Part shown: positions 51,901-61,018 of the stretch, in pieces
Layout of the letters: each line of letters starts with the position of its first letter
Position numbering within the stretch: position 1 is the stretch's first letter
Assembly: GCA_048268245.1 (NCBI GenBank)
Contig: JBLWVX010000003.1
Span: 94,530 to 158,529, forward strand
DNA: 64,000 nt
Direction of reading: 5' to 3'
DNA from: Arcobacteraceae bacterium
Lineage (GTDB): Bacteria; Campylobacterota; Campylobacteria; Campylobacterales; Arcobacteraceae
Program-made: the position numbers and the translations under genes
Notes under the pieces: generated by a model
What the model was told of the DNA's origin: nothing
Seen by the model: only the letters and a program-made list of their open reading frames with translations
The model's database searches: none

Positions 51901-53013
51901 TTATAATATATTTAGTTGGTGTGCGAAATCAGCTGCGATTCTTTCATAATTTCTTACATCAAGTAATCTTTTTTGACCATTTATTCCAACTTGTGCTACT
52001 TCATCTTTATTTAATCCTAAAATATAATCAAGTTTTTCTTTTATCTCTTTTTTATTAAAGTTACTAAACCAAGCACTTTTATCATCTTCAAAAATAGAGC
52101 TGTTGTTTTCATTTTTTGACATGATACAAGGTACTGCTGATGAATAGTAATCAAGTACTTTCATAGGTGTTGATGAATTAAATAGTGAAATATCAGGAAG
52201 TAATCCTATTCCTATATCTGCTTTTGCGATTAACTCTAAAAGTTCACCTTTTGTTTTAGCATTGTAAATTTCAATATGATCTTCAATATCTTTATATCTT
52301 GATACTAAATCTTTTGCATATTCTGGGTCTTTTGTAGAAATCATAAGTTTATATGTACCATCACTTAACTCACTAAAAGCATCTAAAATAGTTTCAAACT
52401 CTCTTAGTTTATCTAGTGTTCCTGCATAGAAAAATCTCTTTTCAATACCTTCATGTTGAATATTTTCTCTAAGAACATCAGGGTCTATTGCTGATGGAAT
52501 TACAAAAGTTCTTGTTTTTACATCTTTGAAATAGTCATTTTTCATTTGAATTGATGTAGGTAGGAAGATGTCACATTCATTTATAAGTGCTGTTTCTGTA
52601 AATGTTTTGATTTTATTGTTTATTACATCTAGGAAACTTACTTTTTTATTTGCTTCATCAGTTTGAATTTTAGCAATTCTTTTTGGAAATGATAATCTAA
52701 ATGCCAATTTAAAATCGCCAGTTTTTTTATATTTTAGTGCATCTTTTAGTATTTCTGTATCATTTCTTACAGCTACAACTTCATATTGCTCTAATTTGTA
52801 GCCATTTTTTTCTAACTCTTCTATAGGATTCTTTTTGAATTTTTCTGGAAGAATTAATTTATTTTCATTTTTTACTTCAAACTCTGAAGAAAACTTTGAA
52901 AAATAAACAATATCAATTTCAAAGTGTTTATTTAAATATTTTTCAAATAAAGGGCCAATAAAACTATGTTCGTGATACTCTTCTTGGTCAGTAATATATA
53001 AGAACTTACTCAC
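51901..53013 (-). CDS. GT4-family glycosyltransferase
   Basis: YAGTLDKLR, ADIG, STPMKVLDY. Confidence 0.8.
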   Translation of the reverse strand: MSKFLYITDQEEYHEHSFIGPLFEKYLNKHFEIDIVYFSKFSSEFEVKNENKLILPEKFKKNPIEELEKNGYKLEQYEVVAVRNDTEILKDALKYKKTGDFKLAFRLSFPKRIAKIQTDEANKKVSFLDVINNKIKTFTETALINECDIFLPTSIQMKNDYFKDVKTRTFVIPSAIDPDVLRENIQHEGIEKRFFYAGTLDKLREFETILDAFSELSDGTYKLMISTKDPEYAKDLVSRYKDIEDHIEIYNAKTKGELLELIAKADIGIGLLPDISLFNSSTPMKVLDYYSSAVPCIMSKNENNSSIFEDDKSAWFSNFNKKEIKEKLDYILGLNKDEVAQVGINGQKRLLDVRNYERIAADFAHQLNIL

Positions 53014-53081
53014 TTGCTACTCCTTAAATTTTTATTTTTAAGATAGTAGCAAATAAGTATCGCATTAAAAGAGCATAAATG

Positions 53082-53963
53082 TTATTTGTTTATTTTTCCA
53101 AATCGTAACTCTGCAATTAAAGTTGCTACCAAAATTAACACTGCTCCAAAGATTTGTATTTGAGTTAGTATCTCTCCACCAGCAAAATATCCATAAATAG
53201 CAGCACTTACAGGTTCCATAGTAAAAATCACAGCTGTTTTTGTAGCTGTTGTAAATTGTTGCATATATGTTTGAATTAAAAAAGCATAAACTGTTGCAAA
53301 CACAGCTGTTACAATTACAGCTTTAAAAAAGTTATAGTCATATGGTAGATCAAATGTTTTATCATCTAAGTATAATGAGAATATAAGTGATAAAATAGCA
53401 ACTGTTATAAACTGCACTAGTACTAAAACAAATACATTTACTTTAACTGAGAACTTTCCAGTAAATATGATATGTAAAGCAAATAAAACTGCACAAATTA
53501 AAGTAAGAAGTTCACCAATTCCAAGAGTTAGAGTTCCACTCATTGTAAGTAAATATAAACCTACAACTGCTATTAAAGAAGCTATAAACACATTTTTTCT
53601 TACATGATCTTTAAATATAAAATAAGCTAAAAAAGGAACACATATTACATTAAGTCCTGTAATAAAAGCTACAATTGAACTTTTTGTGAAACTAAGACCA
53701 AAAGTTTGTGTTGCAAAGGCTGAAAAAAGTATAAGTCCCAAGGTCATACCATAGGCTATTGTTTGTGTGTTTGTTTCTTTTAAATATTTATAAGCAATAA
53801 TAAACATTAATAATGAAGCAAGTGCAAATCTAAAAAATAAAAAAGCATAAATAGGTGTAGTATTTATAGCTTCTTGAACCATCAAGAAAGTAACACCCCA
53901 TGCTATTGCTACAGTCAAAAGTAATAAATCTGCTCTATATTCATAAAGTTTTGATTTAGTCAT
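53082..53963 (-). CDS. DMT/EamA-family transporter
   Basis: AWGVTF, RFALA, about 10 TM helices, MEPVSAA. Confidence 0.9.
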   Translation of the reverse strand: MTKSKLYEYRADLLLLTVAIAWGVTFLMVQEAINTTPIYAFLFFRFALASLLMFIIAYKYLKETNTQTIAYGMTLGLILFSAFATQTFGLSFTKSSIVAFITGLNVICVPFLAYFIFKDHVRKNVFIASLIAVVGLYLLTMSGTLTLGIGELLTLICAVLFALHIIFTGKFSVKVNVFVLVLVQFITVAILSLIFSLYLDDKTFDLPYDYNFFKAVIVTAVFATVYAFLIQTYMQQFTTATKTAVIFTMEPVSAAIYGYFAGGEILTQIQIFGAVLILVATLIAELRFGKINK

Positions 53964-54114
53964 AAAATCTCCTGAAAAATAAAAACGGAATTATATCATT
54001 TTATATACAATTTATTTATATAAATGGTATAAAATTTACATATAATAGACAGTTAATGTAACTTTAAAACTATTTTCAGTAATATTTAAGCTTCAATCAA
54101 AAAAGAGAGAGTAT

Positions 54115-54855
54115 ATGAGTGATAATATAATTTCAATGACAAATATCGATAAATACTATGATGATTTTCATGTTTTAAAAAATATTAATTTTAGCGTAAA
54201 ACAAGGTGAAATTGTTGTGGTTTGTGGTCCTTCTGGATCTGGAAAATCAACATTAATTAGATGTATAAATGGACTTGAAGAGATAGATTCAGGTGAAATT
54301 ATCGTTGATGATATTGATATTCATGCAAGTAAAAAAAATCTAAAAGAGATTAGAAGTGAAGTGGGAATGGTATTTCAACACTTCAATTTATTCCCACATT
54401 TAACTATTTTAGAAAATATTACAATTGCACCAACTTTGGTAAAAAATATGTCAAGTGCAGAAGCTTCAAAAGTAGCTATGGGATTACTAGAAAAAGTAAA
54501 ACTTGATCATAAAGCAAGCTCTTATCCTGCTGATTTATCAGGTGGGCAAAAACAAAGAGTTGCTATTGCTAGAAGTTTAGCAATGAAACCAAAAGTAATA
54601 CTATTTGATGAACCTACATCAGCTTTAGACCCTGAGACAATTGGGGATGTTTTATCTGTTATGAAAGATTTAGCAAAAGAGAATTTTACACTTGTTTGTG
54701 TAACTCATGAAATGGGGTTTGCAAAAGAAGTAGGTGATAGAATTGTATTTATGGATGAGGGAATTATAGTAGAAGAGAACACTCCTGAAGAGTTCTTTAA
54801 TAACCCAGAATCACCAAGAGCTAAAAAGTTCTTAAATGAAATCTTAGTTCACTAA
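54115..54855 (+). CDS. Polar amino acid ABC transporter ATPase
   Basis: [35 protein letters not shown]. Confidence 0.95.
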   Translation: MSDNIISMTNIDKYYDDFHVLKNINFSVKQGEIVVVCGPSGSGKSTLIRCINGLEEIDSGEIIVDDIDIHASKKNLKEIRSEVGMVFQHFNLFPHLTILENITIAPTLVKNMSSAEASKVAMGLLEKVKLDHKASSYPADLSGGQKQRVAIARSLAMKPKVILFDEPTSALDPETIGDVLSVMKDLAKENFTLVCVTHEMGFAKEVGDRIVFMDEGIIVEENTPEEFFNNPESPRAKKFLNEILVH

Positions 54856-54896
54856 AAATATTAAATCAGAAATTAAAAAATAGGAAAGAAAAAAGA

Positions 54897-55715
54897 ATGA
54901 TAAAAAAGATTGTAGCTTTATTTTTATTAGTTGTATCAACATCAGTTTTTGCAGATGATATAAACCTTTGGAAAAAATCAACATTAAACAAAATAGTTCA
55001 AAAAGGTGAATTAGTAGTAGCTTTAGAGCCTGGTTATATGCCTTTTGAAATGAAAGATAAAAGAGGAAGAATTATAGGTTATGATGTTGATATTGCAAAA
55101 GCAATGGCAAAAGCAATGGGTGTAAAACTAAAAATAGAAGAAACTGCATTTGATGGAATTATTGCAGGACTACTTACAAATAAATATGACATTATTATTT
55201 CAGGTATGACTATCACTCAACAAAGAAACTTAAAGATTAACTTTTCAGACCCATATATCATTGTTGGGCAAACTGTTTTATTAAATAAGAACCATCAAAA
55301 TGAGATTAAAACTTCTAAAGATTTAGATAATGAAAAGTATACAATCACTGCTGTTTTAGGACAAACAGGAGAAATTGCTGCTAAAAAGTTTTTCAAAAAT
55401 GCGAAAGTTGTTACATTTGAAACAGAGAGTGAAGCTGTATCAGAAGTGTTAAACGGAAGAGCAACAGCTTTTGTAAATGACCAACCATACAATACAGTAT
55501 TTATGGATGGAAAAGGTAAAGATAAGTTAGTTCATATGGATACACCTTTAACTTATGAGCCTTTAGCCTTTGCTATTAGAAAAGGTGACCCAGACTTTTT
55601 AAATTGGTTAAATAACTTTTTAAGACAAATTAAAGAGGATAAAGTAGTAAATCTACATGAAAAGCTATATCAAAAATGGTTTGTAGATACAAAATGGCTT
55701 CAAAGAGTACAGTAG
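54897..55715 (+). CDS. Amino acid ABC substrate-binding protein (paralog 1)
   Basis: SBP_bac_3 motifs YMPFE, GYDVD, SGMTIT..R. Confidence 0.92.
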   Translation: MIKKIVALFLLVVSTSVFADDINLWKKSTLNKIVQKGELVVALEPGYMPFEMKDKRGRIIGYDVDIAKAMAKAMGVKLKIEETAFDGIIAGLLTNKYDIIISGMTITQQRNLKINFSDPYIIVGQTVLLNKNHQNEIKTSKDLDNEKYTITAVLGQTGEIAAKKFFKNAKVVTFETESEAVSEVLNGRATAFVNDQPYNTVFMDGKGKDKLVHMDTPLTYEPLAFAIRKGDPDFLNWLNNFLRQIKEDKVVNLHEKLYQKWFVDTKWLQRVQ

Positions 55716-55744
55716 GTCAATCTTAAATTAAGGAGAGAGATAAG

Positions 55745-56578
55745 ATGAAAAGTATAAAGAAATTGTTAGTTGCAATGTTTGCAATTAGTGCATTTGCAAG
55801 TGTAAGTTCATTTGCTGATGATATTAACCTATGGAAGAAATCTACGTTAAATCAGATTTTACAAAGAGGTGAGTTACAAGTTTGTTTAGAACCTGGATAT
55901 ATGCCTTTTGAGATGAAAGATAAAAGAGGAAGAATCATAGGTTATGATGTTGATATGGCTAAGAGAATGGCTAAAGAGATGGGTGTTAAATTAAGTCTTA
56001 AGCCAACTGCATGGGATGGTATTATTGCTGCACTTGTAACAGGTAAATGTGATATTATTATGTCTGGTATGACTATTACTCAACAAAGAAACTTAAAAAT
56101 CAACTTTGCTGACCCATACGTTGTTGTAGGTCAAACTATTATGATGAAAAAAGAGTTACAAGGTAAGATCAAATCTGCAAAAGATTTAGATAAACCTGAG
56201 TATACAGTAGTTACTAAACTTGGTGTTACAGGTGAAGTTGCAACTAGAAAGTTCTTTAAAAATGCAAAGATTATTACATTTGAAACAGAAGCAGATGCAG
56301 CTAGTGAAGTTTTAAACGGAAAAGCTGATGCAATTGTTTATGACCAACCATATAATATTTTATTTATGAGTGATAAAGGTAAGGGGAAATTAGTTCACCT
56401 TGATACACCTTTAACTTATGAGCCATTAGGTTGGGCCATTAGAAAAGGTGACCCAGATTTCTTAAACTGGTTAAACAATTTCCTAAGACAAGTTAAAGAA
56501 GATAAAGTAGTAGATTTCTACAACAAATTAAACCAAAAGTGGCTTAAAGACACAGACTGGTTAAAAAGAGTTCAATAA
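55745..56578 (+). CDS. Amino acid ABC substrate-binding protein (paralog 2)
   Basis: Same motifs; collinear with paralog 1. Confidence 0.92.
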   Translation: MKSIKKLLVAMFAISAFASVSSFADDINLWKKSTLNQILQRGELQVCLEPGYMPFEMKDKRGRIIGYDVDMAKRMAKEMGVKLSLKPTAWDGIIAALVTGKCDIIMSGMTITQQRNLKINFADPYVVVGQTIMMKKELQGKIKSAKDLDKPEYTVVTKLGVTGEVATRKFFKNAKIITFETEADAASEVLNGKADAIVYDQPYNILFMSDKGKGKLVHLDTPLTYEPLGWAIRKGDPDFLNWLNNFLRQVKEDKVVDFYNKLNQKWLKDTDWLKRVQ

Positions 56579-56581
56579 TAA

Positions 56582-57547
56582 ATGGCAAGAAAAGAATCGT
56601 GGACACAAAATAAAAACCTAGGGCATTTAATAGCCCTAGCGTTTTACATAGCAGTAGGTTACTTTTTCTATTTAGCAGCTGCTAATATGAATTATGTATG
56701 GAAGTGGAACTCTGTTCCTAAGTATTTTGCTTATGAGCAAACAGTAAATGTTGAAGCTCCTATAGATGGAAAACTAGTATTAGAAGATGGAAAGTACTAC
56801 ATTGATGGTAATGAAAAAGTAGAACTTAAAAACTTAGATAGTAGTTTTTTATTTGATTATGAAGTTGGAAGTGATGTATATCAATATGACTACATTGCTT
56901 CAAAAACTGAAACAAAAGCAGGACCTATTTTAAATGGATTATGGGTAACTTTAAAAATCTCATTTTTATCGGCAATACTTACTTTTATAATTGGTATTAT
57001 TGTAGCAATGATGAAGTTATCCTCTCTTGTATTCTTAAGAGATATTGCGTCCGTTTATATTACTATTGTTAGAGGTACACCTTTACTTGTACAAATATTC
57101 TTATTCTATTTTATAGTTGCGAATATTTTTGAGCTTGATAGATTTGTAGCTGGTGTATTATCTCTTGGTATTTTCTTTGGTGCTTATATGGCTGAGATCT
57201 TAAGAGGTGCAATACAATCAATAGATAAAGGACAGTTAGAAGCTGCAAATTCACTTGGTATTTCTAAGTATCAAGCTATGAGATATATTATTTTACCTCA
57301 AGCTTTTAAAAGAGCATTACCAACATTAGTTGGTGAAATGATTGCACTTATAAAAGACTCATCTTTAGTATCTGTTATTGCTATTACAGATTTAACTAAA
57401 GTAGGTAAAGAAATAGTTGCAAATACCTTCTCTCCATTTGAAACATGGATAGTTATTGCACTTCTTTATTTATGTATAACTTCAACTTTAAGTTATGTAG
57501 GACATAGATTAGAGAAAAAAATGAAAGCTAAAGGCGGGATGAGTTAA
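56582..57547 (+). CDS. Amino acid ABC permease
   Basis: RGTPLLVQ, AEILRGAI, GQLEAA, IKDSSL. Confidence 0.93.
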   Translation: MARKESWTQNKNLGHLIALAFYIAVGYFFYLAAANMNYVWKWNSVPKYFAYEQTVNVEAPIDGKLVLEDGKYYIDGNEKVELKNLDSSFLFDYEVGSDVYQYDYIASKTETKAGPILNGLWVTLKISFLSAILTFIIGIIVAMMKLSSLVFLRDIASVYITIVRGTPLLVQIFLFYFIVANIFELDRFVAGVLSLGIFFGAYMAEILRGAIQSIDKGQLEAANSLGISKYQAMRYIILPQAFKRALPTLVGEMIALIKDSSLVSVIAITDLTKVGKEIVANTFSPFETWIVIALLYLCITSTLSYVGHRLEKKMKAKGGMS

Positions 57548-58183
57548 TTGGAATTCATCTCAACTTTCTTACAACAGTCAATAACATTTTTTGCTATTAT
57601 GGACCCAATAGGGATTAGTGCAATTGCACTATCTTTATTGAGTACAAATATTACTAAAACACAAATCTCAAAAGTAGCATATAAATCAACACTTACTATT
57701 GTAATTGCATTTTTTGTAGTTATTTTATTTGGTGAGGCAATACTTAAACTATTTGGTATTGATGAAAACTCACTTAAAGTTATGGGTGGTTTAGTTCTTA
57801 TACTTATGGCTATTTCAATGGTTAGTGGACCATCAAAACCTAAAAATAATGATAGTAAAGAAGAAGAGAAAAATGATGAAGAATTAGCAATTATTCCTAT
57901 TGGTATTCCAATTGCTTTTGGAACAGGTCTTTTTACTACAATTATCATCTTTAAGCACCAAGCTGAAACTTTTTTAGATTTAGTATCAATAGCATTAGCT
58001 TTTTTAGTAAATGCAATTTTATTTTATATTATTTTAAAAAACTCAATTTATATCAAAAAATATTTAGGTCTTACAGGACAAAATATTATTACTAAACTTA
58101 TGGGTTTAATAGTTGGTGCTATTGCCGTTCAGTTTATAGTAAGTGGTATAGTTAATCTTGCAAAAGGTTATTGGGGTGCTTGA
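57548..58183 (+). CDS. MarC-family membrane protein
   Basis: FAIMDPIG, GGLVL, IPIGIP, KLMGL. Confidence 0.88.
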   Translation: MEFISTFLQQSITFFAIMDPIGISAIALSLLSTNITKTQISKVAYKSTLTIVIAFFVVILFGEAILKLFGIDENSLKVMGGLVLILMAISMVSGPSKPKNNDSKEEEKNDEELAIIPIGIPIAFGTGLFTTIIIFKHQAETFLDLVSIALAFLVNAILFYIILKNSIYIKKYLGLTGQNIITKLMGLIVGAIAVQFIVSGIVNLAKGYWGA

Positions 58184-58790
58184 TATATACCTAAAAGGCT
58201 TTATTGTAACTATCTCTTTAATAGTTGCAATTGGAGCACAAAATGCCTATGTCTTAAAACTTGGACTTTTAAGACAATATGTTTGGGTAGCTGTCTTAAT
58301 TTGTGTAGTTGCTGATTTCTTATTAATTGCAGCAGGTGTTTTAGGACTTGGATTTTTTATAAAAGGAAACCAACTTTTAATCAATTCTATTGCAGTTATA
58401 GGAATAGTTTTTTTAAGTGTTTATGCACTTTTATCTTTTAAATCTGCTTTCAAAAATGAAAGTATGAAAATAGATGATGAAGTAAAAACAAACCCTCTAA
58501 AAAAAGTAATAACTATGCTTTTAGTTTTTACTTTCTTAAATCCACATACTTATCTTGATACAGTACTTTTAATAGGTGGAATTGGAGCAAATGTAGAAGA
58601 TAGTATGAAGCTATATTTTTTACTTGGAGCTGTAAGTGCTTCTGCTTTTTGGTTTACTCTTTTAGGTTTTGGGGCAAGGGCTTTAATACCATTATTTAAA
58701 AAGCCAATTACTTGGAAAATACTTGATATTCTTATTGGTATTTTAATGCTTGTAATTGCATATTCTTTAATAGATTTAATTACATTTTAG
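58176..58790 (+). CDS. LysE/ArgO-family amino acid exporter
   Basis: AIGAQNAYVL, FLNPHTYLDTV; probable GTG start at 58176. Confidence 0.9.
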   Translation: MLDIYLKGFIVTISLIVAIGAQNAYVLKLGLLRQYVWVAVLICVVADFLLIAAGVLGLGFFIKGNQLLINSIAVIGIVFLSVYALLSFKSAFKNESMKIDDEVKTNPLKKVITMLLVFTFLNPHTYLDTVLLIGGIGANVEDSMKLYFLLGAVSASAFWFTLLGFGARALIPLFKKPITWKILDILIGILMLVIAYSLIDLITF

Positions 58791-58820
58791 TTATCATATT
58801 ATCATTGAAAAGGTGATAAT

Positions 58821-59594
58821 ATGAATAACTCTAGCGTTGAAAAAATAGCTTGTTTTACTACTGTTCTTGATCCATATAATGGAATAACAATTGATGCAAA
58901 AGATTTACCAAACTCTAAAGAAGAGTTTGAGTTAAATCTTGATTTTCTAATAGAAGAAACAATAAATAAAAGAAATTTAATTTGGATATATATAGATATA
59001 AAAATATCTGATTTTATTCCAATTGCAACTAAAAGAGGTTTTTATTTTCATTCATGTGATGAAGATTATGTTTTAGTTGTAAAAAGACTCAAAGAAAACG
59101 CAATTGTTCCAACAGCTGCAAATCATACTTTAGGAGTGGGAGCAGTTGTAATAAATGAAAACAATGAACTTCTAGTTATAAAAGAGAAAGTATCAACTAT
59201 AGGATTTAAACTTCCAGGTGGGCATATAGATAACGGTGAGATGATTTCTACTGCTTGTGTAAGAGAGGTTTTAGAAGAGACTGGAATAGATGTAGAGTTT
59301 GAGTCTATAATCTCTCTTGGGCATTTTTATCCCCATCAATTTCATAAATCAAACTTGTATATTTTATGTTTAGCAAAACCACTAACTTTTGAAATAAATA
59401 TACAAGATACAGATGAAATACTAGATGCAAAATGGGTCAAAATAGAAGAATACTTAGAAGATGAAACAGTACTTGCATACTCAAAAGCTGTTGTTATGGC
59501 AGCGTTGGAGTATCGAGGTTTTAAATTAGCAAATCATCAAACCCTTTGTCATATCAAAAGGGATTTTGAGTTGTTTTTCCCAATTGAAAGATAG
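58821..59594 (+). CDS. Nudix hydrolase with N-terminal extension (NUDT6-like)
   Basis: Nudix box GGHIDNGEMISTACVREVLEETG; F.FH...YV and P..ANHTLGVGA. Confidence 0.85.
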   Translation: MNNSSVEKIACFTTVLDPYNGITIDAKDLPNSKEEFELNLDFLIEETINKRNLIWIYIDIKISDFIPIATKRGFYFHSCDEDYVLVVKRLKENAIVPTAANHTLGVGAVVINENNELLVIKEKVSTIGFKLPGGHIDNGEMISTACVREVLEETGIDVEFESIISLGHFYPHQFHKSNLYILCLAKPLTFEINIQDTDEILDAKWVKIEEYLEDETVLAYSKAVVMAALEYRGFKLANHQTLCHIKRDFELFFPIER

Positions 59595-59633
59595 ATATTG
59601 TATAATACTTTTTTTAAATTATAAAGGAAGTAA

Positions 59634-60020
59634 ATGAAAACTATAATATCAACTAATGACGCTCCATCAGCAATTGGACCATATAATCAAGCAACAGCAC
59701 TTGAAAAGCTAGTATTTTTATCAGGACAAATTCCATTAGATCCAAAAACTATGGAATTAGTTGGGGGAGATGATGTTCAGGCTCAAACTAGACAAGTAAT
59801 GGAAAATTTAAAAGCTGTATTAGAAGAAGCAAACTCTTCTTTTGACAATGTTTTAAAAACAACTTGTTATTTATCTGATATGGATAACTTTGTAGCATTT
59901 AATGAAATCTATGCAGAATACTTCGGTGCAGATGATGCACCAGCAAGAGCTACAGTAGCAGTAAAAACTTTACCTAAAAATGTTTTAGTTGAAGTGGATG
60001 CTATTGCATTTAAAAACTAG
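59634..60020 (+). CDS. ridA: RidA-family enamine/imine deaminase
   Basis: APSAIGPY.Q, SGQIP, PAR, LPK..LVE. Confidence 0.92.
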   Translation: MKTIISTNDAPSAIGPYNQATALEKLVFLSGQIPLDPKTMELVGGDDVQAQTRQVMENLKAVLEEANSSFDNVLKTTCYLSDMDNFVAFNEIYAEYFGADDAPARATVAVKTLPKNVLVEVDAIAFKN

Positions 60021-60027
60021 AGATTGT

Positions 60028-60210
60028 CTACTTTTTCTTTTAATAAAGAAAAAGTAGCAAAAAGAAAATCGTGAGCAAAGTTTCAAAATAGCTAAAAAAT
60101 CAAATGAAATCTTAAAATTTGAAAACTCGGCTCGTCCCTCACCTCAAACAGTTCAAATTTCTTTACAGATTTAATTTGATTTTTCTTTACGCTATTTTGA
60201 AAATGCTCAC
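60028..60210. repeat. Structured intergenic element: short hairpin plus a 140-nt bulged inverted repeat
   Basis: ctactttttcttt/aaagaaaaagtag (60028-60057), then nested pairing from gtgagc to gctcac (60071-60210). Confidence 0.75.
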
Positions 60211-60213
60211 TTT

Positions 60214-60966
60214 TTATTTAAATTCAAATTTATCAAAAGCATTTGCAAATGTGATTTTGTTCTGTTTAGTGTAATGATTATTCAATGTCTCATCCAGTAA
60301 ACCTTTTTTTTCTGACTTTTTTGTTAGTAAACTAGCCAAAATTTCAACATAAGATTCTTGTACTTTAGAAAGTTTTTGTATTTCTGATTTAATATCTTGC
60401 AGTTCTAATTCATGAAGTCTCTCAATTTTTTCTGATTCTGGAATATCAATTTTATTAAAAGAAGCAGGTGATGTTAATTCCATTAGTCGTATTAATGAAT
60501 TAATTTCTGATTTGTCATCTTTTTTAGAATATGTTTCATTAAGAGATTTTGTCAATTCTTCTACGGCAAATTTTACTTCTCTATGCTTCATATTTTTATT
60601 ATATGTGACATATCTTAATCCTGATATATCAAATGGAGTACTAGTTGAATTATCTTTTATTAGCACTGTTGGCATATCAAATGCTTGTCTCATACCTAAT
60701 TCGTAAAATACATTTGGGTTTTTTGAACTCATGTCACATATTGCAATTGGAGTTTCAATAATTCTTTTTAAAATATCAAGTTGAATTAAATTAGTATTTT
60801 TAGTTTCATCTGCTCTTATAGGCTTCATATTATTTGCTTCAATTGCAGGTTTTATTATATCTTCATAAACTAATGTAAAGTGACCATCTTCATAATCTTT
60901 TTGGTTTGAAATTGGCATAATTACAAAACATTCAATCTTATCCATTTTAGTGACTTTACTTGACAT
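60214..60966 (-). CDS. Hypothetical protein with nucleoside 2-deoxyribosyltransferase/TIR-like N-terminal domain and helical tail
   Basis: CFVIMP, RADE, ICDMS..NPNVFYELG, PFDI..LRY. Confidence 0.7.
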   Translation of the reverse strand: MSSKVTKMDKIECFVIMPISNQKDYEDGHFTLVYEDIIKPAIEANNMKPIRADETKNTNLIQLDILKRIIETPIAICDMSSKNPNVFYELGMRQAFDMPTVLIKDNSTSTPFDISGLRYVTYNKNMKHREVKFAVEELTKSLNETYSKKDDKSEINSLIRLMELTSPASFNKIDIPESEKIERLHELELQDIKSEIQKLSKVQESYVEILASLLTKKSEKKGLLDETLNNHYTKQNKITFANAFDKFEFK

Positions 60967-61018
60967 ATCTTCCCTAATTCATAATTTTATTAAGTATATA
61001 GTAATAATACTAAAAGTA

